NCBI GenBank assembly: GCA_049799515.1
Contig: JBARIA010000143.1
Location: 7,708 to 71,707, forward strand
From: Candidatus Dormiibacterota bacterium
GTDB lineage: Bacteria > Chloroflexota > Dormibacteria > Aeolococcales > Bog-877
Direction of reading: 5' to 3'
DNA: 64,000 nt
The translations under genes and the position numbers were made by a program. The notes beneath the pieces were generated by a model that was given only the letters and a program-made list of their open reading frames with translations, was not told where the DNA came from and ran no database searches. Below, piece after piece: positions 30,253 to 40,002 of this stretch (the stretch's first letter is position 1; every line of letters starts with the position of its first letter).

Positions 30253-31092
30253 ATGGCCACCGCTGGGGACTTGGCTGGACAGATTGCTCTGGTGACCGGA
30301 GCCAGCAGGGGCCTTGGGCGGGGGGTGGCCACTGTCCTGGGGAGCGCCGGGGCGACTGTCTACGTCACCGGTCGGAGTACCCGGGAACGGCCGGCGGTAG
30401 CTGAGTTTCCCCACTCCGTGGAGGAGACCGCGAACGAGGTCACGGCGGCTGGAGGTCGCGGGATTGCGGTTGTCTGTGATCACACCGATGACGAGCAGGT
30501 CCGTGCTCTCTTCGCCCAGGTCCAGCGAGAGCAGGGTCGACTTGATCTTTTGGTGGCCAACGCGTGGGGTGGTTATCTGCCGTACGCCGAGCACATGGAC
30601 TGGTTCACAAAGCCGTTTTGGGAGCAGTCGATGGATCGTTGGGACGGGATGTTCAACGCGGGGTTGCGATCCCACCTTGCCACCAGTCTGTACGGAGTTC
30701 CACTGCTCCGCGAAACTGGCCGGGGGTTGTTGGTGTTGACCACGTTTACCAGGGGCAAACGCTATCTCGGCAACATATTCTACGATCTCGCCAAGAACGC
30801 GGTTCCGCGCTTCGTCACCTTGATGGCCGACGAGCTGATCGAGAGCCAGGTGTCGGTCGTCGGCCTGTCGCCGGGCTGGGTCGCGGTGGAGCGGATGACT
30901 GGTTTGGACACCAACCAGCAGGCGGAGATGGAGTCGCCGAGCTACACCGGACGGGCGGTCCTGGCGTTGAAGCTGGACCCGGCGGTCGGGCGACGCTCTG
31001 GCCAGACTCTGGCTGTCGATGATGTGGCTCGCGCCTACGGGTTCACCGATCTTGATGGGCGGCAGCCGACCCCCTACCTCATTGAGCCCTAG
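30253..31092 (+). CDS. SDR-family oxidoreductase
   Basis: ALVTGASRGLGRGVA cofactor motif, LVANAWGG, and catalytic Y in IFYDLAKNAV. Confidence 0.8.
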   Translation: MATAGDLAGQIALVTGASRGLGRGVATVLGSAGATVYVTGRSTRERPAVAEFPHSVEETANEVTAAGGRGIAVVCDHTDDEQVRALFAQVQREQGRLDLLVANAWGGYLPYAEHMDWFTKPFWEQSMDRWDGMFNAGLRSHLATSLYGVPLLRETGRGLLVLTTFTRGKRYLGNIFYDLAKNAVPRFVTLMADELIESQVSVVGLSPGWVAVERMTGLDTNQQAEMESPSYTGRAVLALKLDPAVGRRSGQTLAVDDVARAYGFTDLDGRQPTPYLIEP

Positions 31093-31376
31093 TCCCTCTC
31101 GCCCTTAGAACCGTTCCGGCTGCCCCGGCAGTCTGGCGCGGTCCAGCTAACGTTGCACTTGGGCAAACCGCGGACCTCGCCAAGTCAGAACTTCGCTGGC
31201 GCCCTGGTCGTTGGTCTGGTAGCGACGATGTTCCACGAAGGCCCAGGTGATGAGGAGCGATAGGGATCTGGCCAAAGAACTCTGCGCCTATTCTCCCGGG
31301 CGCCGTTCCGAAGCTCTCTACCAGTAAGCACGCGTTGCTGCGATCTCCCGACGACTCTCGTCGCAGAAACGCGGCG

Positions 31377-31775
31377 CTAGGAGTCGCGGGCCTCGGGTCG
31401 CGTGGGCTGGAACAACTCGACGGGATTGCCCGAAGGATCGTCGACCAGGATCTGCCTGCCGCCCACCCCGTCGACGATGTCGTTGCGGATGTGGACTCCG
31501 GCTTGGCGCAACTTCGCGACCGTCTCCTCGAGGTCCGAGACCTGGAGTGAGATGCGGTTCCAGCCCCCGGGTTCGGGCTTGGTCCCGTCGGACATCACCT
31601 GCCCGCCGCCAGCCTGGGTGCTCGGCGCGCTGAGCAAAAGACGCAGTCCATCTCTACCCAAAATGGCGAAGGTCGGTGCCGGGTGTATCTGCTCCTGGAA
31701 GCCCAAATGGCCGCAGTAGAAGCTGATGGCTGCGTCCACGTCGTGGACGATGTAACGCACGCTGACCGTGGCCAT
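31377..31775 (-). CDS. VOC/glyoxalase-family protein
   Basis: 132 aa with two beta-alpha-beta-beta-beta modules (VRYIVHDVDAAISFY...NPVELFQ). Confidence 0.7.
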   Translation of the reverse strand: MATVSVRYIVHDVDAAISFYCGHLGFQEQIHPAPTFAILGRDGLRLLLSAPSTQAGGGQVMSDGTKPEPGGWNRISLQVSDLEETVAKLRQAGVHIRNDIVDGVGGRQILVDDPSGNPVELFQPTRPEARDS

Positions 31776-31939
31776 TGGCTGTCACTCCTTGGTTGGTGGC
31801 CGCCATACAGGCGAATGGTGACCGGTCCGGTGGGCGCCCAGGACGGAAAGGGTTTGACTCAGAACCGTAGCCTGCACCCTGGGCGTCTCTCCGGCGGGTA
31901 CTTCGACGCGACGGTTGGCCATCTTTTCGGGCTCTTTCG

Positions 31940-32497
31940 TCATGATTGGGTCAGCTGGGCGGTGGTCACCACGGTGGCGAACTCGTGGTGAAGGCTGGCC
32001 GCAGTGGCGCGGCAGATCTCATCGGCGGACACCGTTTGGCCGTCCGGTCCCTGACGGTCGAACGCGCAGGTGGCGTCCAGGGCGAAGAAGGTCTGGTAGC
32101 CGAGGTCGCCGGCCATCCGAGCGGTAGTTTCACAGCAGTGGTCGGTGGCGATTCCGCAGATCACCACCGCCGCCACCTCCTTCTCCTGCAGCCACTCGTC
32201 GAGGTCGGGCCGCCCATAGAAGGCGGAGTGGACTCGCTTTGTGATCAGGAGGTCGGGCTCACCGCTCACGACCGGCTTGAAGTCGTTCCCCGGCTGGCCC
32301 GGAGCGAGGGGAGAGTCCGGCCCCTCGTCCGAGTCGTGGCGGACGAAGACGACCGGCTGGCCGCGCTCCCGCCAGCTCCGCAGCAGCGCCTCCACGTTGG
32401 CCTCGCAGCCGGGATTGTTGCGCTGACCCCAGACCGGGTCGTCGAAGCCCGCCTGGACGTCGATCACCACCAGAGCACAGGGCTCTGGCACGACCAT
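31940..32497 (-). CDS. Isochorismatase-family cysteine hydrolase
   Basis: ALVVIDVQ..., K in LLITKRVHSAF, and catalytic Cys in VVICGIATDHCC. Confidence 0.8.
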   Translation of the reverse strand: MVVPEPCALVVIDVQAGFDDPVWGQRNNPGCEANVEALLRSWRERGQPVVFVRHDSDEGPDSPLAPGQPGNDFKPVVSGEPDLLITKRVHSAFYGRPDLDEWLQEKEVAAVVICGIATDHCCETTARMAGDLGYQTFFALDATCAFDRQGPDGQTVSADEICRATAASLHHEFATVVTTAQLTQS

Positions 32498-34053
32498 CAG
32501 CCGGAGACGGCCTTCAGGATCTCGGGGTCCAGCCCGGGGTACTTAGCCAGGTATTCGGTCCGCTCCTGGCGCAGCCGTTCCACGATCGCCTGGTGTTCAT
32601 CGATGCGGCCCTGGCGCTGGTAGAGGCGGCGTGGCTGGAGCAGCTCGAGGTCGTCGATACCCGGTACCGAGCTCGCCACCTCGTAGCTGAAGTCGGGATC
32701 CCTCTCCCAGCTGATGGTCCCCTCGGCGATCGCCTTGACCACGGCCGAGGAGTGGGGGATGCGGATCTTCTTGGCCCGGGGGTCGCCTTCACCGCCGCCG
32801 ACCCAGCCGGTGTTGAGCAGGAAGACCTCGAAGTTGCCGTTGGCGTGCAGCTCCCGAAAGCGATTCCCCTGCTGGGCGTGCAGCAGGGGGAAGAAGGGGT
32901 TGGTGCCGGGCACCCGCAGCGACTTCCCGGCCTCGGCGGCCCCTCCGGCCGCCGTGCCCTGGGTCTCTCCCAGCATGAAGTAGGCGGCCGCCTGCTCGAC
33001 CGAGAGCCGGGCCACCGCCGGAATCAGCCCGTCATTGCGGTTGAGGATCAGCAAGGACGAGACCGGCGCGATGTCCCGGGCGTCCCGTGACCAGCCCAAC
33101 GCCTCCATCGGGAAGACCGCCCGTCCGTTCTGGGTGTAGCTCTCGTCGAAGAAATCGACCGGTCCGCCGACCTCCTTCTGAGAGACGTTCTCCAGGAATG
33201 CGACCCGTGAGGTCACTGCCCCATGGATGGTCGGCTCGTCCTCGGCGCTGAGGGCGTAGGTCTTGGCGAAGCAGCCGTTCTCCGAGCCGTAGACGATGCC
33301 TCCCGGCATCAAGGCCACGAAGTCGTCCTGGACCGGCTTGCTTTCGTTCTGCCTGGTGAAGGTGGTGGTGGTCTTTCCAGTGCCTGACAGTCCGACTATC
33401 AGCAGGGTGCGCTCACCCTGGTCGGTGGGGATCACCTTGCAACCGGCGTGCAGGGGTAGTCCGCCCCGCTGGTAGACCAGCTTGTTCCACATCCGCAGGA
33501 GCCCCTTCTTGGACTCGCCGAAGTAGTCGGAGTTGAACACCCGGGTGAGCCCGTTCTCCAGGTCGACGGTGATCAGTCGGTCCTCGGGATAGCCGGGCAT
33601 GGTCAGTCTGGGGGTGTAGATCAGGGTGAATTCGGGGCGAAAGTCCTCGCCGATCCCCTCGTCCTTGAACAGCAGGTGGTCCTGCATCCCGGCGATGTTG
33701 GCCCCAGCTTCCTCGATCACCAATCGGACTGGGGAGCGGAACTCAGGGTCGTTGTTGACGTAGCCGTCGATCACGATGACGTCCTGGCCCTGCAGGTACT
33801 CCTCCTGGATTCGGGCCACCCGCCGCCCCTCCTCGGTCGATACGGTCTGACCGGAGGTGATCTCGGGAGCGTCGGTGACGATGAAGGTGGATCCGGTACT
33901 CCGGGCCAGCGCCACGGTCTGCACGTTGTAGTTGTCGTAGGCGGTCAGGCGAGCGGTCGGCATTGCCGCGGTGAGTTGGCGAAGCTCTTCCTGCGAGGGG
34001 TTGACCCGGGTGTGCCGGGCGGAAGGCGAATAGGGGTCGGCGACCTTGCTCAT
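32497..34053 (-). CDS. pckA: Phosphoenolpyruvate carboxykinase (ATP)
   Basis: Start at MSKVADPY (ATG 34053, SD GAGAGG upstream). Kinase-1a loop GLSGTGKTT plus PCK signature regions. Confidence 0.9.
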   Translation of the reverse strand: MSKVADPYSPSARHTRVNPSQEELRQLTAAMPTARLTAYDNYNVQTVALARSTGSTFIVTDAPEITSGQTVSTEEGRRVARIQEEYLQGQDVIVIDGYVNNDPEFRSPVRLVIEEAGANIAGMQDHLLFKDEGIGEDFRPEFTLIYTPRLTMPGYPEDRLITVDLENGLTRVFNSDYFGESKKGLLRMWNKLVYQRGGLPLHAGCKVIPTDQGERTLLIVGLSGTGKTTTTFTRQNESKPVQDDFVALMPGGIVYGSENGCFAKTYALSAEDEPTIHGAVTSRVAFLENVSQKEVGGPVDFFDESYTQNGRAVFPMEALGWSRDARDIAPVSSLLILNRNDGLIPAVARLSVEQAAAYFMLGETQGTAAGGAAEAGKSLRVPGTNPFFPLLHAQQGNRFRELHANGNFEVFLLNTGWVGGGEGDPRAKKIRIPHSSAVVKAIAEGTISWERDPDFSYEVASSVPGIDDLELLQPRRLYQRQGRIDEHQAIVERLRQERTEYLAKYPGLDPEILKAVSG

Positions 34054-34223
34054 AAGGACCTCTCTACTCCACTCTGAATGGTGCTTGCGGCACATTAGCA
34101 AACGGGTGGCCGGCCAGTTGGGGAGCCCCCTCCTCTTCCCAGTCCGACCGCCCAGAGTTAAGCTGCGCGACCACGGGCACCTGGCACCCTCCAGCCCCAA
34201 TTCTGACCCAAGGAGACCCTCGG

Positions 34224-34730
34224 ATGACCACACCGAACGAGTTCCGCCCGTCGGGCGGAGCCACCGTGGCTGCGGTGATGACCCGGGCAGTGATCACGAT
34301 CGGTCCCGAGGCCCTGGTGACCGAGGTGGCGGAGATGCTCGGCCAGCACCACATCACCGGCATGCCTGTGCTGGATGACCACCACCGGGTGGTGGGGGTG
34401 GTCAGTGAGATGGACGTGGTCCTCAAGCCAGGGACGACCGTGGCCGACATCATGTCGCCCGAGCCCAGGACCATCGAGGAGGAGGTCCCGCTCAGTGAGG
34501 CGGCCGAGATCCTGATGGCACAACGGATCCGGAGGCTGCCGGTGGTTCGCCACGGCAAGCTGGTCGGTCTGATCTCCCGCACCGACCTGGTCACCTTCTT
34601 CGCCCGCCACCAGTGGGTCTGCGCCAAGTGCGGGGGCACCCAGCGCGGACTGGAGCCGCCGGAGAGCTGCATCGTCTGCGGAGCGGAGGGCGCGGGCTTC
34701 CGGCTGGAGGACGCTCCCGGGGGGATGTGA
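34224..34730 (+). CDS. CBS-pair protein with C-terminal zinc ribbon
   Basis: Two CBS motifs (VMTRAVITI..., IMSPEPRTI...) then CAKCGG...CIVCG. Confidence 0.7.
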   Translation: MTTPNEFRPSGGATVAAVMTRAVITIGPEALVTEVAEMLGQHHITGMPVLDDHHRVVGVVSEMDVVLKPGTTVADIMSPEPRTIEEEVPLSEAAEILMAQRIRRLPVVRHGKLVGLISRTDLVTFFARHQWVCAKCGGTQRGLEPPESCIVCGAEGAGFRLEDAPGGM

Positions 34731-34739
34731 CCGGGGAAG

Positions 34740-35783
34740 TCAGTCGGCGATCACCTGGGAGAGCTCGTTGCGCAGTTTCAGTTGGGCAAGGTTGTGGACG
34801 GCATCGATCCAGCGCACCGTCCCGCTGTAAGAGCGCATCACCACCGAGTGGGTCTCGACCATGCCGTCGCCGAACCTCACCCCGCCCAGCATCTCTCCGT
34901 CGGTGATACCGGTGGCGGCGAAGAAGATGTTCTCCCCGCCGCAGAGGTCCTCCGCCAGGAAGATCTGGTCCTCCGAGAAGCCCTCCTTCCGGATCAGCTC
35001 GCGTTCCTCATCGTCGCGGGGCCAGAGCCGGCACTGCATGTCGCCGTGGATGCAGCGCACCGCGCAGGCGGTCAGGACCGCCTCGGTGGCTCCGCCGATC
35101 CCCAGCAGGACGTCCAGGCCGGTGCGCTCGGGCAGGGCCGCCATCACCCCGGCGGCGACATCCCCATCGGTGATCAGCTTGACCCGGGCCCCGGTGGCGC
35201 GGATCTCTCGGAGCAGCTCCTCGTGGCGCGGTCGATCGAGGACCACCACAGTCAGGTCGTGGACCGGGCGGTTCTCGGCAGCGGCGATCCGCTGCAGGTT
35301 CTCGGTATGGGAGACGCGTAGGTCGAACACCCCCCGGCCCGGGGGGCCGACCACCAGCTTCTCCATGTAGGCGCAGTGGGTCTGGAGCAGAGTGTCGCGC
35401 TCGGAGAGGGCGACGGTGGCGATGCCCCCCGGGAGGCCCCGGGCCACCAGCCTGGTGCCGTCGATCGGGTCAACCGCGACGTCCACCAGGGGGGGGTTAC
35501 CGTTGCCGATCTGCTCTCCGATGTAGAGCATCGGGGCCTTGTCCTTCTCCCCTTCGCCGATCTTGACTATCCCGGCCATGTCCACGTGGGAGAGGCTCCG
35601 GCGCATCGATTCGACCGCCGCCCGGTCGGCGGCGATCTTGTCGTCCCGGCCCATCCAGCGGGCGGCCGACATCGCCGCCCCCTCGGTGACCCGGACCAGC
35701 TCAAGGGCCAGATTGCGGTCGATCGGAGTGCCGGGGTCGGCGCCAATCTCGTCCATCTCGAACAGCTCTTCGGCCTTGCTCAT
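34740..35783 (-). CDS. glpX: Fructose-1,6-bisphosphatase class II (GlpX; FBPase/SBPase)
   Basis: Start at MSKAEELFEMD (ATG 35783). The long upstream in-frame extension in the track is non-coding. GlpX motifs VAVDPIDGT and ITDGDVAAG. Confidence 0.9.
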   Translation of the reverse strand: MSKAEELFEMDEIGADPGTPIDRNLALELVRVTEGAAMSAARWMGRDDKIAADRAAVESMRRSLSHVDMAGIVKIGEGEKDKAPMLYIGEQIGNGNPPLVDVAVDPIDGTRLVARGLPGGIATVALSERDTLLQTHCAYMEKLVVGPPGRGVFDLRVSHTENLQRIAAAENRPVHDLTVVVLDRPRHEELLREIRATGARVKLITDGDVAAGVMAALPERTGLDVLLGIGGATEAVLTACAVRCIHGDMQCRLWPRDDEERELIRKEGFSEDQIFLAEDLCGGENIFFAATGITDGEMLGGVRFGDGMVETHSVVMRSYSGTVRWIDAVHNLAQLKLRNELSQVIAD

Positions 35784-35888
35784 GGTGCGCCAGCATACGG
35801 TCTGGGCTCGGGCTTCGAGCCAGGGTGCAGTCGGCGGGAAGGCAGCCGGCCCACGCCGCCTGGCTAGGCAGCAGCCACAATTGGTGAA

Positions 35889-36236
35889 GTGACCGACAGC
35901 CCCTCCCCTTCCCCCTCGATCGATAGCACCACTCCCCGCCGGTTCGGCTACGACGAGGCGGCCCGGGCCTTGCTGGTGGAATGGATGGACGGGACGGGCC
36001 AGGCGATCCCATTCGCCAGACTGAGGCGCTCTTGCCCCTGCGCCCTCTGCAGCGGGGAGCTCGGCCGGCCGGGTCGGTTCCAGCTCGATCCGGAGCTCCA
36101 TCCCGGCGAGGACGAACTCGCCGACATTCAACTGGTCGGCAACTACGGCCTCAAGGCGATCTGGGGCGACGGACATGACACCGGGATCTATCGATTCGAG
36201 TTGCTTCGGCAACTGGGCGCGACCGACCAGGTGTAG
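35889..36236 (+). CDS. DUF971-family protein
   Basis: 115 aa with CPCALC and the conserved C-terminal GNYGL.I.W.DGH.TGIY. Confidence 0.6.
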   Translation: MTDSPSPSPSIDSTTPRRFGYDEAARALLVEWMDGTGQAIPFARLRRSCPCALCSGELGRPGRFQLDPELHPGEDELADIQLVGNYGLKAIWGDGHDTGIYRFELLRQLGATDQV

Positions 36237-36302
36237 CAGCGCCTGGCAGGCCGGTCGCGCTGGGCAGATTCGGAGCCAGCCCCGGACCAGATCGCCCGGG
36301 AA

Positions 36303-36686
36303 TTAGCTCTCCCGGCCCAAAAGTCGCCGAATGGTGGCTGCCACCACGGTCGGCTTGAAGGGCTTGGCGATCGTCTCCCGGGCCCCGGCGGCCAGTGCCC
36401 GCTCACGACCCTCGGGGTCCCGCTGCTCGGGCATCAGGACGATCCCAGAAGGCGGCTCGAAACCCTCTTTAATGAGCCGGCGGCAGAGCTCCCGGCCATC
36501 CTCCTCAAGGGTGACATCGCACAACAGAAGATCCACTCCGCCCCTACGGACCAGGGCCTCAGCCTCCCCGGCGCTCCGCACCCAGAGGAGGGTGTGACCC
36601 TCCATCTTGAGTTTGAATTCCAGGATCCGGCCGATCATCGGCTCGTCTTCCGCGAGCACCAGGGTCGCCGGCGCTTGGGGATCCAC
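36303..36686 (-). CDS. Single-domain response regulator (receiver only)
   Basis: LVLAEDEP...DLLLCDV...K in ETIAKP. No output domain. Confidence 0.7.
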   Translation of the reverse strand: MDPQAPATLVLAEDEPMIGRILEFKLKMEGHTLLWVRSAGEAEALVRRGGVDLLLCDVTLEEDGRELCRRLIKEGFEPPSGIVLMPEQRDPEGRERALAAGARETIAKPFKPTVVAATIRRLLGRES

Positions 36687-36724
36687 AGGATCGAGTCTAG
36701 AGGTCAGGTGATCCTCCGCCTTCA

Positions 36725-36745
36725 GTTCCGGTTACGGTCCGGAAC
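36725..36745. promoter_or_regulatory. Perfect 7-bp inverted repeat GTTCCGG-N7-CCGGAAC upstream of the glucosaminidase gene
   Basis: Read directly from sequence. Lies 13 nt upstream of the ATG at 36758, in the 71-bp gap between divergent genes. Confidence 0.35.
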
Positions 36746-36757
36746 CGGGGCTGCGAC

Positions 36758-37933
36758 ATGGAGATCGGATCTCCCGGTCCGATCGAAGAATTGCTCCTCG
36801 TGGACGGGACCAAGAAGTGGGGGCAATCCGCGGTCGCCGCGATCATCGCCAGCGTGGGCGCGCTGGCTTTGATCGGCGGCACCGGCGCGCCCTTGGTCAG
36901 GGCCAACTCCAGCTCAACTCCCCCTTCCCCGACCACTCTGTCGGCTCTGGTCACCAAGGCCAAGGCGGAGCTGGTCAACCTCGGCGCCGAGGTGCAGACG
37001 GCGCGCGAGGCTATCGCCAGCGACAAGACCCAGATCGCCCAGGAGCGCAAACAACTGGCAAGTCTGCTGTCCGAGGAGTACACCGGTGCCCCCAACGGAC
37101 TGCTCTCCATCCTGGCCAGCCCCGACTTCAACGCTGCGCTGGACACCCAGATCGAACTCTCCCAGCTAACCCAGTCCCAGCAGCAACTACTGCTGAAGTT
37201 GACCCAGGCTGTGCGCGCAGAGCAGGCCAGCGAGGCCGCCCTCCAGCAGGAGCAGAAGCAGGAGGCGGCCACGGCGGCCCGGCTGCAGGCTGAAGAGATC
37301 GTGGCTGAGTTCCAGGCGACCGCAGCGGCCACCACCCAGGCGCAGGCCAAAGATGGCCCCGCCTCGACTACCTCACCCGGCGCTACGTCGACCCCCACCC
37401 CGACGCCTGTGACCACCCCCCCTCCTAGTGCACCAACTCCGACTCCGACCTCAACTTCGCCACCTCCGAGTGGGACTGGCGGACCGTTCACGATCACCAC
37501 CAACCTGACCCTCCCCAGTGGCATCTCCTTGGGGCAGATTCAGGAGTTCCTCCAAGGCTCCCCACTGGAGGCGGATGCCAGCTACTTCCTCCAGGCTGAG
37601 CAGACCAATCACGTCAGCGCCATCTACCTGGTCTCCGATGCCGTGCTGGAGACCGGTTTTGGTACTTCCCAGATCTATCTGCAGGACCATAACCTCTTCG
37701 GGTTTGAGGCGTACACATCGGACCCCGGCGACGCGATGCAGTTCGCCAATGACCAGGCATGCATCGCCTACGTGTCGGCCTTCGTTGCGGTCAACTATCT
37801 GAGCTCGAGCGGCGAGTTCTACACGAGTTACGGGCCGACTCCCCAAGGGATGAATGTCCACTACGCGACCGACCCGAATTGGGCTAGCAAAATCGCTGAG
37901 CTAGGAGCCGACCTCCAGCTCGAACCCACCTGA
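36758..37933 (+). CDS. Secreted coiled-coil protein with C-terminal N-acetylglucosaminidase (LytD/FlgJ-type) domain
   Basis: N-terminal hydrophobic anchor, about 170 aa of Q/A/L-rich heptads, a Pro/Thr linker, then a glucosaminidase domain (...LVSDAVLETGFGTSQ...YATDPNWASKI). Confidence 0.65.
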   Translation: MEIGSPGPIEELLLVDGTKKWGQSAVAAIIASVGALALIGGTGAPLVRANSSSTPPSPTTLSALVTKAKAELVNLGAEVQTAREAIASDKTQIAQERKQLASLLSEEYTGAPNGLLSILASPDFNAALDTQIELSQLTQSQQQLLLKLTQAVRAEQASEAALQQEQKQEAATAARLQAEEIVAEFQATAAATTQAQAKDGPASTTSPGATSTPTPTPVTTPPPSAPTPTPTSTSPPPSGTGGPFTITTNLTLPSGISLGQIQEFLQGSPLEADASYFLQAEQTNHVSAIYLVSDAVLETGFGTSQIYLQDHNLFGFEAYTSDPGDAMQFANDQACIAYVSAFVAVNYLSSSGEFYTSYGPTPQGMNVHYATDPNWASKIAELGADLQLEPT

Positions 37934-37949
37934 CCAACCCGGGAAGGGG

Positions 37950-39839
37950 TTGATTAGCCTTAGTGAGGTGAAGGCGGGTGCGGAGAAGGAGCCCCAGAGA
38001 GCGTCGAGCGGTCCCGACCGGCCGATCAGGGATTACTTCTGCCTCGCCGACGGGCGGACGGCGGCGCTGATCAACCCGGACGGTGGCTGTGACTTCTGGT
38101 GCTGGCCGAGATTCGACAGCCCCTTTTCTCTAGCGGCTCTCCTCGACCCCGGACGAGGTGGTTCGGTCGGGGTGACGTCTGCTCGCGGTACCGCTAGCTC
38201 GGCCAGCTGGCTCGGGAGGTCGCGGGTCATCCGGTTCGCTTTCCCCGGTGGCCTGGAGATCCAGTGCGGACTCGTGGACGACGGCACCGGCCAAAGTGCC
38301 TTGGTCTGGCTGGTAGACGGACCCGCGGGCGAACTTATTCAGATCTACCTGGCCGACCCTAGCGCCGGAGGCGGCGCTGGCTGGACTACCAACCCCTACG
38401 GGGCGCTGCTGGGCAGCGGAGCCCTTCCGGACGGCCCGGGCGGCCCGCTGATCCTGACCGTGAGTAGTCAGACACAGGCTGGTCGGCGCGGTCTAGTCGC
38501 CCAGCTTCCAGAAGAGGGGCTGATGGTGTGGCTGGGAGCTGCCAGCGAAGGCGGGTTGCGTCCGGCTCTCCCGGCTCTAGTTGCGGATCGGCCTGAGGAG
38601 GCGGTTTCCCGGGCCCGGGAGCTACTGGCAAGGTCGGTCGCCAGCGATCGCAGATGGCTTCTGCGGCTCGAGGAAGACGGTGGTCCACTGGGCGAACTGC
38701 TGCGGCGGGCTCCTATCTGGGCGATCACGGCGGTCGACCGCTCCTTGCTGACTCTGCTAGGACTGCAGCACAGGAACACTGGGCTTCTGGTCGCCTCTCC
38801 TGTCACCTCGGTCCCGCAGTGGCCCTCCAGTGAAAGGTCCTGGGATTACCGATATGCCTGGCTCCGGGACTGCGCCGACGCCGGGATCGCCCTCTGCCAC
38901 GCGGGAGCCTTCCCAGAAGCGGAGTCGGTGGCACGGGGATTGGCGGGGCTGCTGGCCGAGCACCCCGACCTGGCGGCTCCAGTGCGCCGGCTTTCGGGAG
39001 AGGAGCTTCCCCCTGAGCACTTTGTGAGCCAGCTGCGGGGCTACTCGGGTTCCCCTGTCCGCATCGGAAACGACGCCGCCGGGCAGGTTCAGCTTGACAC
39101 GCTGGGGGAGGTTGCCCGGCTCGCCCTGGAGCTTGACCGCCACCAGCGGTGCCCTGATGAACTCCTGCGGCAGGTACCGCCCCTGGCCGACGCGGCGGTG
39201 CGGCGGTGGCGGCTTCCTGATCACGGAATCTGGGAAGTTCGCGGAACTCCCAAAGACTATGTCCACAGCAAGGTAATGGCGTGGTCAGCGCTCCAGGCGG
39301 CTTGCGCAATCGCTGAGCGGGGCCGGATCAGGGGACCAGTTGCCGCCTGGCAGGAGGAGTCGGCAGCGATCGAGACCGAGGTCCAGCGGCGGGGCCGAGG
39401 GCAGGCCGGGGAGCTGGTGATGTCGTTCCAAAACTCCGGCGCCGACTCCGCGCTCCTGGCCGCGTACCTGGTTTCGTTCATCCGCCCGGACCTACCTGAG
39501 GCAGACGCTACCCTGCGCCGGGTCACTCGAGACCTAGGAAGGGGCCCCCTGATGGCCCGGCATACGCCCGAGCGGGATGGCATCGACGCACCCTGTTTCC
39601 CATTCATCTTCCCGGGTCTCTGGGCGGCGATCGCCGAGGTCCTCCTGGTGCGAAGCGAAGCCGCCGAGGCGCGGCTCTTGGCCATCTGCCAGCTGGCCGG
39701 CCCGGCTGGCCAGCTGTCTGAGGCGGCCGATCCAAAGACCGGCCAGCTGTGGGGCAACTATCCGCAGGTGCAGAGCCATGCGGCACTGCTGGACGCCGCA
39801 CTCGCCATCTGGGCGCCTCCGCTCCGGAGATTCGATTGA
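37950..39839 (+). CDS. Glycoside hydrolase family 15 (glucoamylase/trehalase-like)
   Basis: 629 aa. N-terminal beta-sandwich plus an (alpha/alpha)6 barrel with the GH15 catalytic region (GIWEVRG...DYVHSKVMAWSAL...). Confidence 0.7.
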   Translation: MISLSEVKAGAEKEPQRASSGPDRPIRDYFCLADGRTAALINPDGGCDFWCWPRFDSPFSLAALLDPGRGGSVGVTSARGTASSASWLGRSRVIRFAFPGGLEIQCGLVDDGTGQSALVWLVDGPAGELIQIYLADPSAGGGAGWTTNPYGALLGSGALPDGPGGPLILTVSSQTQAGRRGLVAQLPEEGLMVWLGAASEGGLRPALPALVADRPEEAVSRARELLARSVASDRRWLLRLEEDGGPLGELLRRAPIWAITAVDRSLLTLLGLQHRNTGLLVASPVTSVPQWPSSERSWDYRYAWLRDCADAGIALCHAGAFPEAESVARGLAGLLAEHPDLAAPVRRLSGEELPPEHFVSQLRGYSGSPVRIGNDAAGQVQLDTLGEVARLALELDRHQRCPDELLRQVPPLADAAVRRWRLPDHGIWEVRGTPKDYVHSKVMAWSALQAACAIAERGRIRGPVAAWQEESAAIETEVQRRGRGQAGELVMSFQNSGADSALLAAYLVSFIRPDLPEADATLRRVTRDLGRGPLMARHTPERDGIDAPCFPFIFPGLWAAIAEVLLVRSEAAEARLLAICQLAGPAGQLSEAADPKTGQLWGNYPQVQSHAALLDAALAIWAPPLRRFD

Positions 39840-39890
39840 CCCACCCATATACTGAACGGCGGAGGAGCCGGGACTGCCTTGGGCACTCTC

Positions 39891-39967
39891 GCCCCGTTCG
39901 TCTAGTGGCCAAGGACACCGCCCTCTCAAGGCGGAGATCAGCGGTTCGAATCCGCTACGGGGTACCA
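39891..39967 (+). tRNA. tRNA-Glu (anticodon CUC)
   Basis: Cloverleaf: acceptor GCCCCGT/ACGGGGT, anticodon stem CCGCC/GGCGG with loop CUCUCAA, T-arm GGTTCGAATCC, encoded CCA. Resembles bacterial tRNA-Glu. Confidence 0.85.
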
Positions 39968-40002
39968 CACTTGCCGCCACCAGCGGCCATCAAAGGGAAG
40001 CC

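Noticed and set aside
39891-39967. tRNA-Glu as a possible genomic-island integration site
   Set aside because: No integrase, direct repeat of the tRNA 3' end, or compositional shift nearby. The flanking genes (GH15, DUF3151, ispH) look native.
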